The position numbers and the translations under genes were made by a program. Below, one piece after another: positions 30,491-42,400 of a stretch of DNA of 64,000 nucleotides. Numbering within the stretch: the stretch's first letter is position 1; each line of letters begins with the position of its first letter. Under the pieces are notes generated by a model that ran no database searches, was not told the origin of the DNA, and saw only the letters and a program-made list of their open reading frames with translations. The stretch comes from a virus (Duplodnaviria; Caudoviricetes). Where the stretch lies: IMG/VR virus record IMGVR_UViG_3300003155_000119, positions 1 to 64,000 of that record. The stretch is one strand, 5' to 3'.

Positions 30491-31299
30491 ATGGCCACTA
30501 CACCATTTTCACTCATTTATGATTTATTTTTATCTAAGATAACAGATGACCTTTATTTAGAATTAACAGAATTAGATACTTATCGCCTTTTATAGGATTT
30601 GCTCTTGTCCGCAATACCAAAATTTGAATTCCCAAGAAAACCGCTAGACGATTATAATTTGCAAGATGTAATTGATGTAGGCACTTATAATGGTGTAGAA
30701 AGTAATTCTGAGGACTGGGAATTGCTTATATATGGGCAAGGACAATTTAATGTTTTATTAACAGACGAAGAAATGAATATATTAGCTACTTACATGATAG
30801 TTGAATGGATTGGCTAGTAGTTAGCTAGTATAGAAAATACGCGAATGAAGTATTCAGGGTGAAGAATCTCGCCCCGTATATAAGAAATTATATAATGAAA
30901 ATTTTAGTAAAAAACTGGAACCCTGAGATGGGAATCAGAGCGGAAGTTAGATTTTAAAAGATTTAACACGCGCAGAGCATAGGATTATTAAACAATAAAG
31001 AATTTTTATTGAAATATAAATCCCACGAGACTAAAACATCTGAAAAGATGAAAAGATATGCCGAACTTACAAGAAAAAGAATTGTAAGAAGTAAAGATAA
31101 AAAACTTTACGATAACATATTTGAGGATTTTAAATTCACAAGCTAGGCCAATCATATGTAGAAACTAGTTACAGTTAAAAAAGAGTATGAGCGCGAAGGC
31201 TTTCATCTCCAAAGACTGTATAAACGCAGAGCGAAAGATAAAGATGGAATACCTCGTTCTACTTTCGGCGTAATTATGTACGGAGACCATTGGGCATGA
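30491..31299 (+). CDS. putative head-tail connector/neck protein, 2 exons (30491-30860, 31124-31299)
   Basis: Splicing joins MKYSG-(T|AG)-DFKFTSQANH; position after the capsid. Confidence 0.7.
30861..31123 (+). mobile_element. group I intron in the neck gene (263 nt, variant P7)
   Basis: Shares CTGGAACCCTGA.ATGGGAATCAGA, AAGATGAAAAGATATGC and GATAACA..TTG with TerL-i1; U and G at the boundaries. Confidence 0.8.
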
Positions 31300-31643
31300 G
31301 AGAGTTGTATGTTGAAAAAGATATAATTATAAATATGCTAAAGAAAAGACTTAATCTTATTTATAAATTATTACCGACAAGAGAAGAAAAATCTGATTGG
31401 GGTAAATTACTTTCTACTATTGTTGAAGAATTATCTGGATTATATATAATGTTTAATTCAGAAGAATTAAAGTATAATTTATTTATTATTATATGTAAAT
31501 TAGAAGGGCTTAATTCATTAGCCGAGCCAGATGATTTTTTTGATTATCGCCGCATAATATTTGAAGTTCTTAACTTAACTCAATAGTTAATAGATTTAGT
31601 TGACGAGAAATGTCAGGACTAGATTCCCTTAAAACTAGAATGA
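31296..31643 (+). CDS. hypothetical protein
   Basis: ATGA overlap with the upstream stop; TAG read-through to TGA. Confidence 0.6.
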
Positions 31644-32692
31644 GTTATTATGGCGGAAGTAATCAAGAGATAAGAATGTAGAAAGATAAATTAAGGTCTT
31701 TGCGCAAAGCGCTATTATATTCATATTAGTCTGTTACTATTGCTTTACCAGATGAAGAAGGAAATTTTTCTGAGTAGAGCCAAAAATTTAGAGCATTAAT
31801 AAATCCAGATAAAAATAAAAGCGATTATGATGATAAAATACTTTCAATTCCTTACGAGGACATCTGTTTGAATGATGCGGCGGGCGGCGTCAAAACGTCA
31901 GAGGGGCTGACTAAAATAGACATTAAGCCAGGTTCTGTATTCGAATGGGTTGAAACAAAGACAAAATGGTTAGTATATCTGCAATTTTTAGAAGAAGATG
32001 CCTATTTCCGCGCTGAGATTAGGCGCTGTGATTAGCAGACTCAAGTAGGGGATAAAAAATATTGGACTTATATACGCGGTCCAATGGAAACGTCTATCTA
32101 GTGGAATCAAAAAGGCGGTATTGAGTGGAATGACTTGAATTATTCTCTAGTTATGTACATTACTAAAGACGAATATACATCTGATTATTTTCATAGATTC
32201 AATTTAGTGAAAGTACAAGAGCCAGATACAGATGTACAGAAAACTTGGCAAGTGGTTGCGGTCAATCCCTATTACGGGGACGGAATTATACAAGTTTATC
32301 TGGACGAGTATTTTGAAAATACTATAGAGGAGACTGGGAAAGAGCCTGAGCCAGAACCGCCGGTGATTGACCCTAGTTCCATCTATATAGAGGGACCCGA
32401 TACTGCGGCCGCATATGATGAGGTTGTTTGTACTATTGTCAATGCCGCGGATGGGACTTGGGAAGCTATTTTAAAAGAAAGAGTTTATTCTGTTAAAGAT
32501 TTAGAGGCAAATACTGATAAGAGTAATAATGATACTTGGGTTCCTGTTCAAAAGACAGACGAGCTTGAATTAGCAAGAATTGATGATTATTCAATAAAGA
32601 TTTTCCTAAATATTTCTAGTGGTTCTATTGTTGTGAATTATTTAGGAGAAGATGATGGAATTCTTGCTTCAAAAACTATTACCGTGAAATAA
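31610..32692 (+). CDS. putative head-closure/neck protein (360 aa)
   Basis: Continuous frame through TAGs into ORF 32135; position. Confidence 0.65.
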
Positions 32693-32720
32693 AAAGAGAT
32701 AAAAGGAGATTTTAATTTTT

Positions 32721-33308
32721 ATGAAAGTAGATTTAGCTATGAAAAAGATAGATTTTAGTACATCTTTTCTCTCTTGTGAAAAAGATGCTGAATCTATTTT
32801 AAGAAAATTATTTATAGAAAGTAGACCTTATAGTGATTATTTAAAGCGTCTATTGGTTATTAATACAAAAGATTGCCTAGATAATTTAGATAATGAAGTC
32901 TATAATAAAAAAATTACTGAAATGACTTTGCCTAAATTGATAGAGGATGGTTATATAAAATTGGCACCTAAGATAAAAATGCCTGAACATGAAGAAATAA
33001 AATCTTATATTATCATTACTTTTGATGATTTTACTCAAACGTCAAATAATGAATTCAGAGATTGCACTATCAACTTTCATGTTCTAAGTCATACTGACTA
33101 TTGGGACTTAGGTAAATATAGATTGCGGCCAGTGAGAATTGTTGGTTATATAGACGGAATACTAAATAAAGCAAAGTTATCAGGAATTGGACGATTAGAA
33201 TTTTTAAGTTGCAGTTAGTTAGTATTAGACGAAACTCTATCTGGATATGTACTTAGCTATAGAGCGGTTCATGGTTCAGATGATAAAATAGAACAAGTGA
33301 ATGAATAA
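32721..33308 (+). CDS. putative tail-completion/terminator protein
   Basis: ORF extended through TAG 33216-33218; position before the tail tube. Confidence 0.6.
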
Positions 33309-34041
33309 TAAATTATTATTCTAGTCAAATAATGATATTCCTTTTCTTGAAGCAAAAGTTGTTGTGCATTAGCCAACTATAAAAGAAATTGCTCTTATTG
33401 GAGAAGATATTTTCTTCAGAGGGAGTGAGCTATTAACTTTATCTAAAGAAAATATTCCGAATGTGGGCAAAAATGATTTAAAGGGTTTTAGTAATTTTGA
33501 TATAATTATGTCAGTTATAAATAATAAAGATTTGAGTTCATAGAAAGAAAAAATAAATCTATTATTAACTTTGTCTCTTTTATTTCCTGATTATAAAATA
33601 AAATTATCTAATAGCTAGATAATTTTGACAAAAGATGAAAAAGAATTTTTTATTAATTCGTCTAATCACGAGTCTTTCAAGAAACTTTTAATACAAATGC
33701 TTTGTCTAGATTATAATAAGAAAGATGATAAAAAATATAATCCAGCAAATGGTAAAGCTGCGGAAATAGCAGAAAAAATAAGAAAAGGCAAATAGAAAGT
33801 AAACTAGTTAAAAAATAATAAATAGAATCAAGATATTCATATTTTATTATAGTATGTTTCTATTTTGTCTGTTGGTTTATAGAAAGATAAGAATTAGTTA
33901 ATGGAATATACAATTCCTCAACTTTATGACGAATATAAAAGATTTGAAATGAAATATTAGTATGATATGTACGTTCAACAGAAAATGCTTGGAGCAAAAA
34001 ATCTCAAAGAGATAAAATTCTGGATGGATGATATATATTAA
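33301..34041 (+). CDS. hypothetical tail-module protein (246 aa, TAG-rich)
   Basis: Open only if TAG=Gln; absent from the ORF track. Confidence 0.65.
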
Positions 34042-34088
34042 AATTTATTAAATTAATTTAATAACTTTTTTAAGGAGGAAAAAATCTT

Positions 34089-37000
34089 ATGAAATTTGGC
34101 GTGAAACTAAATTAAGTCTTGCGCTTATATACCTTATCCTAATACCATAGGGGTTCTTAAATAAGAGCTAACGGGGAATGGGTGTCAATGTCACCAGAAT
34201 CCCGTGTCATGGCCGCAAGGCAGCGATGTAGAGACTAGAATATATTCGTAGGTTTGCTATTGGTACGCAAATCGAAACAGGTATAGGTGCGGTTTAAGGT
34301 CTGGCCGCATTTAAGAGATAGTCCATAGTTAATACTATGAAGAGAAATATGTAATGTTGTATTCCGTGCTAAATCTCCTATGAAGATTGGCAAGACAACA
34401 TTCCAAACTGGACAACCAGTTATTATGCTTGATACTGCAACTGCTTCCACTCTGGAAGGCGCTGCAACGACAGTCTACGCGCAGGGTTAAAAATAGCTCC
34501 ATATATAAGTGATTATATATGAAAACTGCTCTAATTGCTGGAAACTCTTATAAAAAATATAAGACAATCAGCAGCGAAGTAATTAAGAATAAAATATTTT
34601 GGGAGGCATATTGATTATGTTATTACAAATTAATTAGTTTATTCCTGAAGTAAAAGACCGTTATTTCATTTGTGACAATGGCGATTTATTTACTGATTTT
34701 GGTCAAAGAAAAATGAAAAATAGTACAAAAAATGGATATGTAAAGAACTCATTAGTCTTAAAAGATGGAACATCTAAATCATTTTTTAGACACCGTCTAG
34801 TTATGTTATGCTTTTGTCCCAACGAAAAAGCAAATGAATTACAAGTAAATCATATAGACGGAAATAAAGAAAATAATAGTATAGAAAATTTAGAATGGTG
34901 TACTAATCAAGAGAATAGAATTCATGCTGTAAAAATAGGACTTGCCGCGAGATTAATCGGTGAAGAAAATCCTGCTAGTAAATTAAAGGAAGAAGATGTG
35001 CTAGATATTATAAATGATTTATTAAATCATATTCCTTATTCTCAAATAATGAAAAAATATGAATGTTCTAAAAGTACTATTTCATCAATAAAGAATAAAA
35101 GAAACTGGTCTTATTTGACTAAAGATATTGATTTTAATTAAACGTTCAACGACTATCCTTTATGGAGTAGATTACAAGCTATTGGTAATTGAAATGGGCA
35201 GTCTCTCTTGGCGAGAGAAAGATATAGTCTAATCTCATATGTGAATATGAGCTGTCGAAAGACGCATATAGTGTAGCGAACTATATGGAATATTAATGGG
35301 ACGCGGAAATGTTCGTTTAATTGCGTGGGATGAAAAGAAAATTACTCACCGGCTCACGAATCTTAGTAATAAGATAAAGAAAAATCTCGTGAATTGCTGG
35401 GACACCCAAAATCATTTTGGGCAATCAGCAGCCAAGGGGCGCATATAAAATAAATGCGTTCAAGGTTCAACGACTATCCTTTATGGAGTAGGGCTAAGCG
35501 GCCCGAAGCGCGAGACTCCTATTTTTAGGATGAAGATATAGTCTCATCTAAGTGGATATATAAAGACTTAGTAGTTCATTAGAGAACACATAGAAATTAG
35601 CGACTTCTATGGAAGATACACTCGTTATGAGGTGAGAAAACATTAACCTTCACCGTCACCGATGCTCTTCTCAGCGCTACTGGATTTGCAATCCTGTCTG
35701 GCGCTGGATTAATTACACAAAATACTGGAACTAAAGTTCACTATCATGTAACAACTAATACAACTTGTGCAGCTACTGAAATTGATTTAACTGATGCTCT
35801 CACACCTTTTGGCACAGGTGCTCAAATTTGTGATACTGCACCTATTTATGTCATTGAAACAGAAGCAGATGGTTCTATCACTGGAACTTTCTTAACTAAC
35901 GTAACTGTTGACGTGGGTGGAAAGAAATTAAAGGGTACCTTTACAGCGGGTAAAGCTGTCACTGTTGACTATTATGTGCTAGTCGATGGTGCTGGTATTG
36001 ACGAAATTCAGATTGATGCTGAGAACTTCGCAGGATACTTCTATGTAGAAGCGGATACTTTATTCCGTCGGCAGTCTGACGGTGTTGACCTGCCCTGCAA
36101 CATCACTCTACCTAACGTTAAGATTCAGTCTAACTTCACCTTCTCTATGGCTTCAACTGGAGATCCAAGTGAACTAATGCGCTTGGCGGCTTAAATAAAA
36201 GCTGAAAAATTTAGTTCTTTAATTGCGGGAAAACCCTTAGAGCTTTTACAACTAAAGCAATATAGAAATATATTGACTGGCGAGGGTAATGACTAAGGTA
36301 TAGTAAAATCGTAAAAGATTGGGTAATCCGCAGCAAAGATTTCGTATTTGACTTTTTATAAAATATAAGATATAATTAAAATAAAAAAAGGAGAAATGAA
36401 AGAGTGGAAAAACGTATACATGACTTCATTCCAGAAATAAAAGATTATTATACAATTACTTCAGATGGATTAATATACAGTGATAATTCTGGATTAATGA
36501 AAACTAGAGATAGAGCAGGAACTGACTATCAAATAATTAATTTAAGCAAATTAGACGGAAGTAAAAGGACTTTTAGGGTTCACCGTTTAGTAATGATGGC
36601 TTTCAATCCTGTTAAAAATATGAATGAATTAGAAGTAAATCATATAGATGGAAATAAAAAAAATAATAAATTAGAAAATCTTGAATGGTGTACTGCTAGT
36701 GAAAATCAAATTCATGCTTTTAAAACTGGACTAAATAAACCAAGAAAAGGAGAAGAAAGCAATCTCTCTAAATTGACTGAAGATGATGTAAAAAAAGTAT
36801 TTGAGTTAAGAGAAAAAGGTCTTTTACAAAAAGAAATTGCTGAAATAGTTGGATGTACAAAAAGTAATATATCTTGTATTTTAAGAAAAAAGTCTTGGAA
36901 GAAATAATGTTCAACGACTATCCTTTATGGAGTAGCTCTAAGTAGAGCGAAATGGGAACTTAAAAGATATAGTCTCAACTATACTGAAAAGTATAGCAGT

Positions 37001-37237
37001 TCATAAAGAACGCATATAGATTAACGACCTATATGGAAGATATTGACATTCGATTTCACAATGGACGCCTTCCCTGGCGTTACTTATTTCAATCCTGGAC
37101 GGCAAGTTTTGTGCGCAATGCAGGTGTTGAATAACTACAACGCTGGTGCGGATACTATTGAATCTGTATTCTTACATGATGATGCTGAAGTTATTGCGGA
37201 GGCAGAGAACGATTCTGCGGAAGGCGCCGGAGGTTAA
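34089..37237 (+). CDS. major tail tube protein, 5 exons (34089-34102, 34340-34487, 35299-35330/1, 35630/1-36170, 37046-37237; ~308 aa)
   Basis: Spliced MKFGVREICNVVF...YAQGGRGNVRLIAW(E/D)GEKTLTF...IQSNFTFSMASTGDPSTFDFTMDAFP; strong SD; terminator after it. Confidence 0.8.
34103..34339 (+). mobile_element. group I intron tube-i1 (237 nt)
   Basis: AGAGACTA / GATAGTCC P7; IGS GCGC with P10 UCUU; only 14 nt of exon upstream. Confidence 0.8.
34488..35298 (+). mobile_element. group I intron tube-i2 with an HNH endonuclease
   Basis: Core motifs flank the ORF; restores YAQG|GRGN. Confidence 0.85.
34617..35141 (+). CDS. HNH homing endonuclease
   Basis: HRLV...VNHIDGNKENN...NLEW.T..EN..H; one TAG near the N-terminus. 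Confidence 0.85.
35331..35630 (+). mobile_element. group I intron tube-i3 (~299 nt; one junction non-canonical)
   Basis: Core motifs; P10 CUCACC pairs with GGUGAG; frame requires either A at the 5' site or a terminal A. Confidence 0.75.
36171..37045 (+). mobile_element. group I intron tube-i4 with an HNH endonuclease
   Basis: IGS GCUUGG pairs with CCAAGU; restores GDPS|TFDF. Confidence 0.85.
36404..36907 (+). CDS. HNH homing endonuclease with C-terminal HTH
   Basis: VHRLV...VNHIDGNKKNN.LENLEW; own sigma-A promoter TTGACT-N17-TATAAT at 36348-36376. Confidence 0.85.
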   Translation: MEKRIHDFIPEIKDYYTITSDGLIYSDNSGLMKTRDRAGTDYQIINLSKLDGSKRTFRVHRLVMMAFNPVKNMNELEVNHIDGNKKNNKLENLEWCTASENQIHAFKTGLNKPRKGEESNLSKLTEDDVKKVFELREKGLLQKEIAEIVGCTKSNISCILRKKSWKK

Positions 37238-37377
37238 TAAGGAAGCTTTATAACAATTCCTTTTATGAGCAAATAAGTAGGAAAAAGATATAATAATTAC
37301 AGGCTATGTCTTAATCAGGCATAGCCTTTTTTGTAAAATGGAGATTTATACGTTACTAATAAAAAAAGGAGCAAAAA

Positions 37378-38745
37378 ATGAGCGCAATAGGAGATTACAT
37401 ACATTTGCACGCTGCGAATTATCTAACTTATGGAACTTTTAGACGCGGCCAAGGAGAAAACTCTTGGGTAGATAGTTATAATGCCTAGATGCAAATAAAC
37501 AAAAACAGAATAGATGCCTTGGCCGCGCATAATAAAGAAATTAATGAAGAATTAGTTCGTTTAAAAGAAATAATTAAAGACGAAAGTTTAAATACTGAAA
37601 ATACGGGCAGACAAGAGCTAGAAAGAAAATGGTAGCAGGACGCAAATCGAGCAGTACAAGAGTGCTAGAGTTATATAATAAACTAGATGTCTAATACCAT
37701 AATAAGCAAGAGCGCAATTAAAAAAAATATTCAAGAATCATCTGATTAGACTGATTATAAAAATTTAATGAAAGCGGTCTAGGTAAGAAATAATATATAT
37801 AAGAAAATAGACCAAATAAATAAAAACGATAATGCAGTTCCGCAATCAACTATTACTTAGCTATTGAATTTATTTGACGAATTCTTTGCGCTATTGGGGA
37901 TGAAATCTTTTAGAAATGTTTATAAAGGAAGTCTTTCAAATAGAAATACTTTAAATTAGCTATATAATATGTTAAGGAATATGTAGATTAGTAAATTTCA
38001 GTTATCTACATATAATGGCGAATTAGGTGAATATATTATTGCCTCTTGCGGCAATATTGCGTTAAAAGAAGCTGGTCAAGCAATTAATGACTCCCTTACT
38101 TCCTTAATAAGAGGAGATGAAAAGTCTTCTTTCTCTTTAGATGAATCACTATTACCTAAAAAGATTCAAGAGGAATTAGTAAAAATTACTGATGGACAAT
38201 ATAACCTATACAGAATTTAGAATACTTAGAATAAAGTTGATGTAGAAATACAATTTAATGACATGAACTTAGGGGTTTCGGTAAAGAACTATAAAAGAAG
38301 AAGAAAATCAAAAGGTGCGCACTTACAAGATGTTAATCTAATATATCAGTTGGCTGCGGCGGCAGATAATTTTGGTAATCACTGGCTAAATATTCATTCA
38401 TTGGATATAAAGCCTGGCCGCGATTATATGGACGATGCTTTGACTCAGTCTATTAGATATGAAGCATTGGTCAGTGGTAACTTAATGAAAGGCGCGAGTG
38501 CTAGTTTAGCTAATGTGTTTATTGCTATTGATGCGCAAAACGGTTCTGTTATAACTAAGACCTCTTATGATATTTTGACAAAATCTAATGAAATATCTAA
38601 CTTTATTATTAAGCCATTGGTTTCCTCTATAAATTTATCTAGTGCAAATGTTTTTGTAGAAGAATCATACGAAGCTAGAATAGCGAATATATTAAACGCA
38701 TTAAGAAGATATAAAATTGCTGTAAATTATAAGCTGAACTTCTAA
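37378..38745 (+). CDS. hypothetical protein (455 aa)
   Basis: AGGAG SD; TAG read-through in frame with ORF 38263. Confidence 0.65.
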
Positions 38746-38856
38746 ACTCTGAGGATTCCTTACTTGACAAAAGAAAAATTTTATGGCATAATTAACCTAA
38801 GAGGGAAGGAAAGAAAAAATTTCTCAAACAAAAAAGAAGGAGAAAATAATATTATT

Positions 38857-39384
38857 ATGAATAGAATTACTTTTAATAAATTAAATATAAAACAACAAGA
38901 TACTATTAAGACTATTAAATATAATGATTGTACAATAGAAGTCTTACAATCATTACCTACTAGAGATATTAATGATTTTATATATGCGGTTTTAGCTAAA
39001 TCTGAACAAGATGATGGAACTTATAATGAAGTATTACTAAATGCTTATTTTCATTTATATTTAATTTATCTTTATACAAATATTACTTTTACACAAAAGC
39101 AAAAGGAAGATGAATTAAAATTATATGATTTAATTAATAATTCTGGCTTATTAGATGCGGTTTTAGGTGTTTTTCCTGAAGAGGAATACAATGATTTACT
39201 TGATTATTTAAATAAAACAAGAGAAGAGAAATCTACTTATAAAAGGTCTGTTGCAGGTGTCCTAGATAAAGTAATTAATGATATGCCAAAAAATGCTGAG
39301 GCCGCAGCTAAAATAGTTGATAATTTTGACCAAGAAAAATATCAAAATGTTCTTAAATTAGCAAAAGCCACTGGGATGAAATAA
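38857..39384 (+). CDS. putative tail assembly chaperone
   Basis: Directly upstream of the tape measure; sigma-A promoter 38764-38792; AGGAG SD. Confidence 0.5.
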   Translation: MNRITFNKLNIKQQDTIKTIKYNDCTIEVLQSLPTRDINDFIYAVLAKSEQDDGTYNEVLLNAYFHLYLIYLYTNITFTQKQKEDELKLYDLINNSGLLDAVLGVFPEEEYNDLLDYLNKTREEKSTYKRSVAGVLDKVINDMPKNAEAAAKIVDNFDQEKYQNVLKLAKATGMK

Positions 39385-39482
39385 ATTCGGACAAAAATAA
39401 TTAATTTATATACCTCTATGATTAAATATCATAAAGGTATTTTTTTTATACTTTTTCCGCGGAAAGGAGATAAAAGGATTAT

Positions 39483-42400
39483 ATGGCTAATAATATTAGA
39501 TTTAATATAGGCTTTGATGTAGATAAGAAAGGTCTTGAAGAAATCAAGAATGAATTGAAATCTATTCAAAGCACTACAACAGAAGAATATCTAAAAATAA
39601 ATATTAATTAGACTGATTTAAATTAGGTTACTAAAGATTTAGCAGAAATTAACTATGCGGCGTCTACTGTACAAAATGCACTAGATAAAGCATTTAATGC
39701 TAAATTAGATACTTTTAATATTTAGACTTTTAATAATTATTTAAAAGATGCAGATTTGACTTTAGATGAAGTATATTCATCTTTTAGTAAGTTAGGGACG
39801 CAAGGACAAAGCGCGTTTAGAAAATTAAGTTAGTAGATTTTAACAACTAATACTTAGCTTGATAAAACTTCTACAGTATTAGATGACTTATTTTAGACTT
39901 TATCTAATACTGTAAAGTGGAATGTCGCGTCAACAGCGGTAAATGCTTTGGCGGGTCAAGTATCTTAGGCTTTTGGATACGTTAAAAATTTAGACAGTTC
40001 GTTAAATGATATTAGAATTGTTACAGGTGAGTCTGCTGAATAGATGGATGAATTTGCTCGCAAGGCTAATGATGCGGCGATTGCGTTAGGACAACAAACA
40101 ACGGAATACACGAACGCTAGTCTAATCTACAGACAATAGGGATTGGATACGGAAGAGTCCGATGTGCGTGCCAGATTAACTTTGATGACCGCCAATGTTA
40201 CTGGACAGGACGCGTAGGACGTATCAGAGTAGCTAACTGCGGTTTGGAACGGGTACCAAGTATCCGCAGAAGAGGCTGAGATATACATTGATAGGCTTGC
40301 AGTTGCGGCAGCAGCTACAGCCGCAGACCTGGAAGAACTATCCACTGGTATGTCAAGAGTAGCTTCAACTGCAAACGCAATGGGTGTGCAAGAAGAGTAG
40401 TTAGCCTCTATGCTAGCTACAATTATCTCTGTTACTCGTCAGGCACCAGAATCTGTAGGCACAGCTGCCAATACTGTCTTAACAAGAATGGCTGATATAA
40501 CCGCGGATTTAAATGACGAGGTATCTTTGGATAATTACACCAAGAAAATGAATGAACTTGGTATAAACGTCTTAGATGCTAACAATAATTTGCGCGAAAT
40601 GGGAGATGTAATCACTGAGATTGGGTCTAAATGGACAGACCTCTCAAGAGAACAACAATTAGCTTTGGCGCAAATTATTGGTGGAACTCATCAATTCAAT
40701 ACCGTCTTGGCGCTATTCGATAACTGGGACCAGTATCTTTCTACTCTTGAACAAGTGAATAATGCAGAAGGCGCACTTCAAGAGCAGCAAGATATTTATA
40801 TGGAGTCTACTAGAGCGCATTTAGATGCTTTAACCGCACAGTGGGAGGACTTATTTGATTCTCTATTGGACTCAGATTCTATTAATGGAGTAACAGATTT
40901 CTTAAGAGGATTAGTTGGATTAGTAACTAATTTAGTTGATTCTCTTGGCGGCGGTGAGGAAGTATTTATTGCTTTTGGTTCAGTTCTAACAAGAGTATTT
41001 AGTTCTTAGATTTCCGCTGGATTAAATACTTTCATTTCTAATATTCAAGTTGCGCTTTAGAATGTTTAGAATGCAAAAGATTAGTTGCAGTTAGGGCAGT
41101 CTTTAAGTGACGGGAACTATGATTCTCTTACTAATGAGATAAATCAAATGAGCGCCGCGTATCAAAAATATTCAAAATATTTAACTGAGGCGCAAAAAGA
41201 AGAAGTAAAAAGAACTATTGAATCAAGAGAAGCAATTATCACTGAAGCGCAAGCTTGGGAACAAGCAAAGAAGTCTCTTGAAGAATATTATAATACTTAT
41301 GTACCCGCAGATGATAGAGTAGGTGGAGATAATACTTAGATTATATCTGCGGCAAATTTAGATTCTTATAGTGAAGATGAGCTATTAGATATTGAGACTT
41401 CTTTGGAGAACGCCCAAGACAGATTCCGTAGGTCTAATGATAGAGCTAAAGAATTTAATAATACTATTAATCAACTGACTTAGGGACTTAAACAAAATAG
41501 TTTAAGTTTGGATGAAATCAACGAAGGCTACAGATAGGTTTATATTGAACTAGATAGAACAGAAGAAGCTGTTCAAAATTATCTAAATAATTTAGACCAA
41601 GAGTCTTAGGCATATATACAATTAAATTCTCTATTAGACCAATATAGACAATAGAGAGAAAGAGTAGTCTCAACTTATGGCGAAAGTAGAATAGGTGAAG
41701 GCTTTGCTACAGATGATAAAGCTAGAATCTCTTTATAGAATTTAATAAGAGGCTGGCAAAAAGAAACAACTAATTCAGTTACTGCCGCAGAGGAGTCATT
41801 AGATACTGTATACAATGCTTTAGCAGAAAAAAGTTCTTAGATTAATGTTTAGATGCAAAAATCTAATGAACAGGTAAAAGCTCTTTGGAAGACTTTCTCT
41901 CAACCAGAGGCAATAAACGCCTTAACAGAAGTGGTTGCGGCAAGTGGTTCTGCTTTAAGTATTTTTACCTAGATAAAATAGTTAGGTTCTATTTGGACGG
42001 ATGAAAATTTATCTGATGGTGAAAGATTTTTACAAACTTTATTTGGTATCGTCAACATTGGGGGCCAAGCTGTATCAATATTAAGCAGCATAGCAAGTAT
42101 ATCTAATGCTGCATCTGCCTTCTCCGGCATTGCTTCTGCCGTTACTTCTTTTGCCGCAGTTAATCCTATCTTAATTGGAGTGGGTGTCGCCATAGCCGCA
42201 ATCGGCGGAGTTTATGTTGCGGCAACAGATGCCGCTGAAAAATATGATGAGGCGTAGAGAAGAGCGTTTTCAGAATCTCTAAGCGCTGTAGAGGAAAATA
42301 AAACAAAAATACAAGAACTTTCTTCTTAGTTAGAGGACAATAGACAAAAGATAGAAGAAATAAATGAAGCTGGTCCATTGTCTATAACAGATGAGCAAGA

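Noticed and set aside
21589-37045. Inteins or group II introns
   Set aside because: Insertions contain TAA/TGA stops, have U/G boundaries, IGS and P7 motifs of group I introns, and encode no RT.
38857-39483. Tail-chaperone programmed -1 frameshift
   Set aside because: No second ORF lies between this gene and the tape measure; the gap holds a hairpin and a promoter motif.
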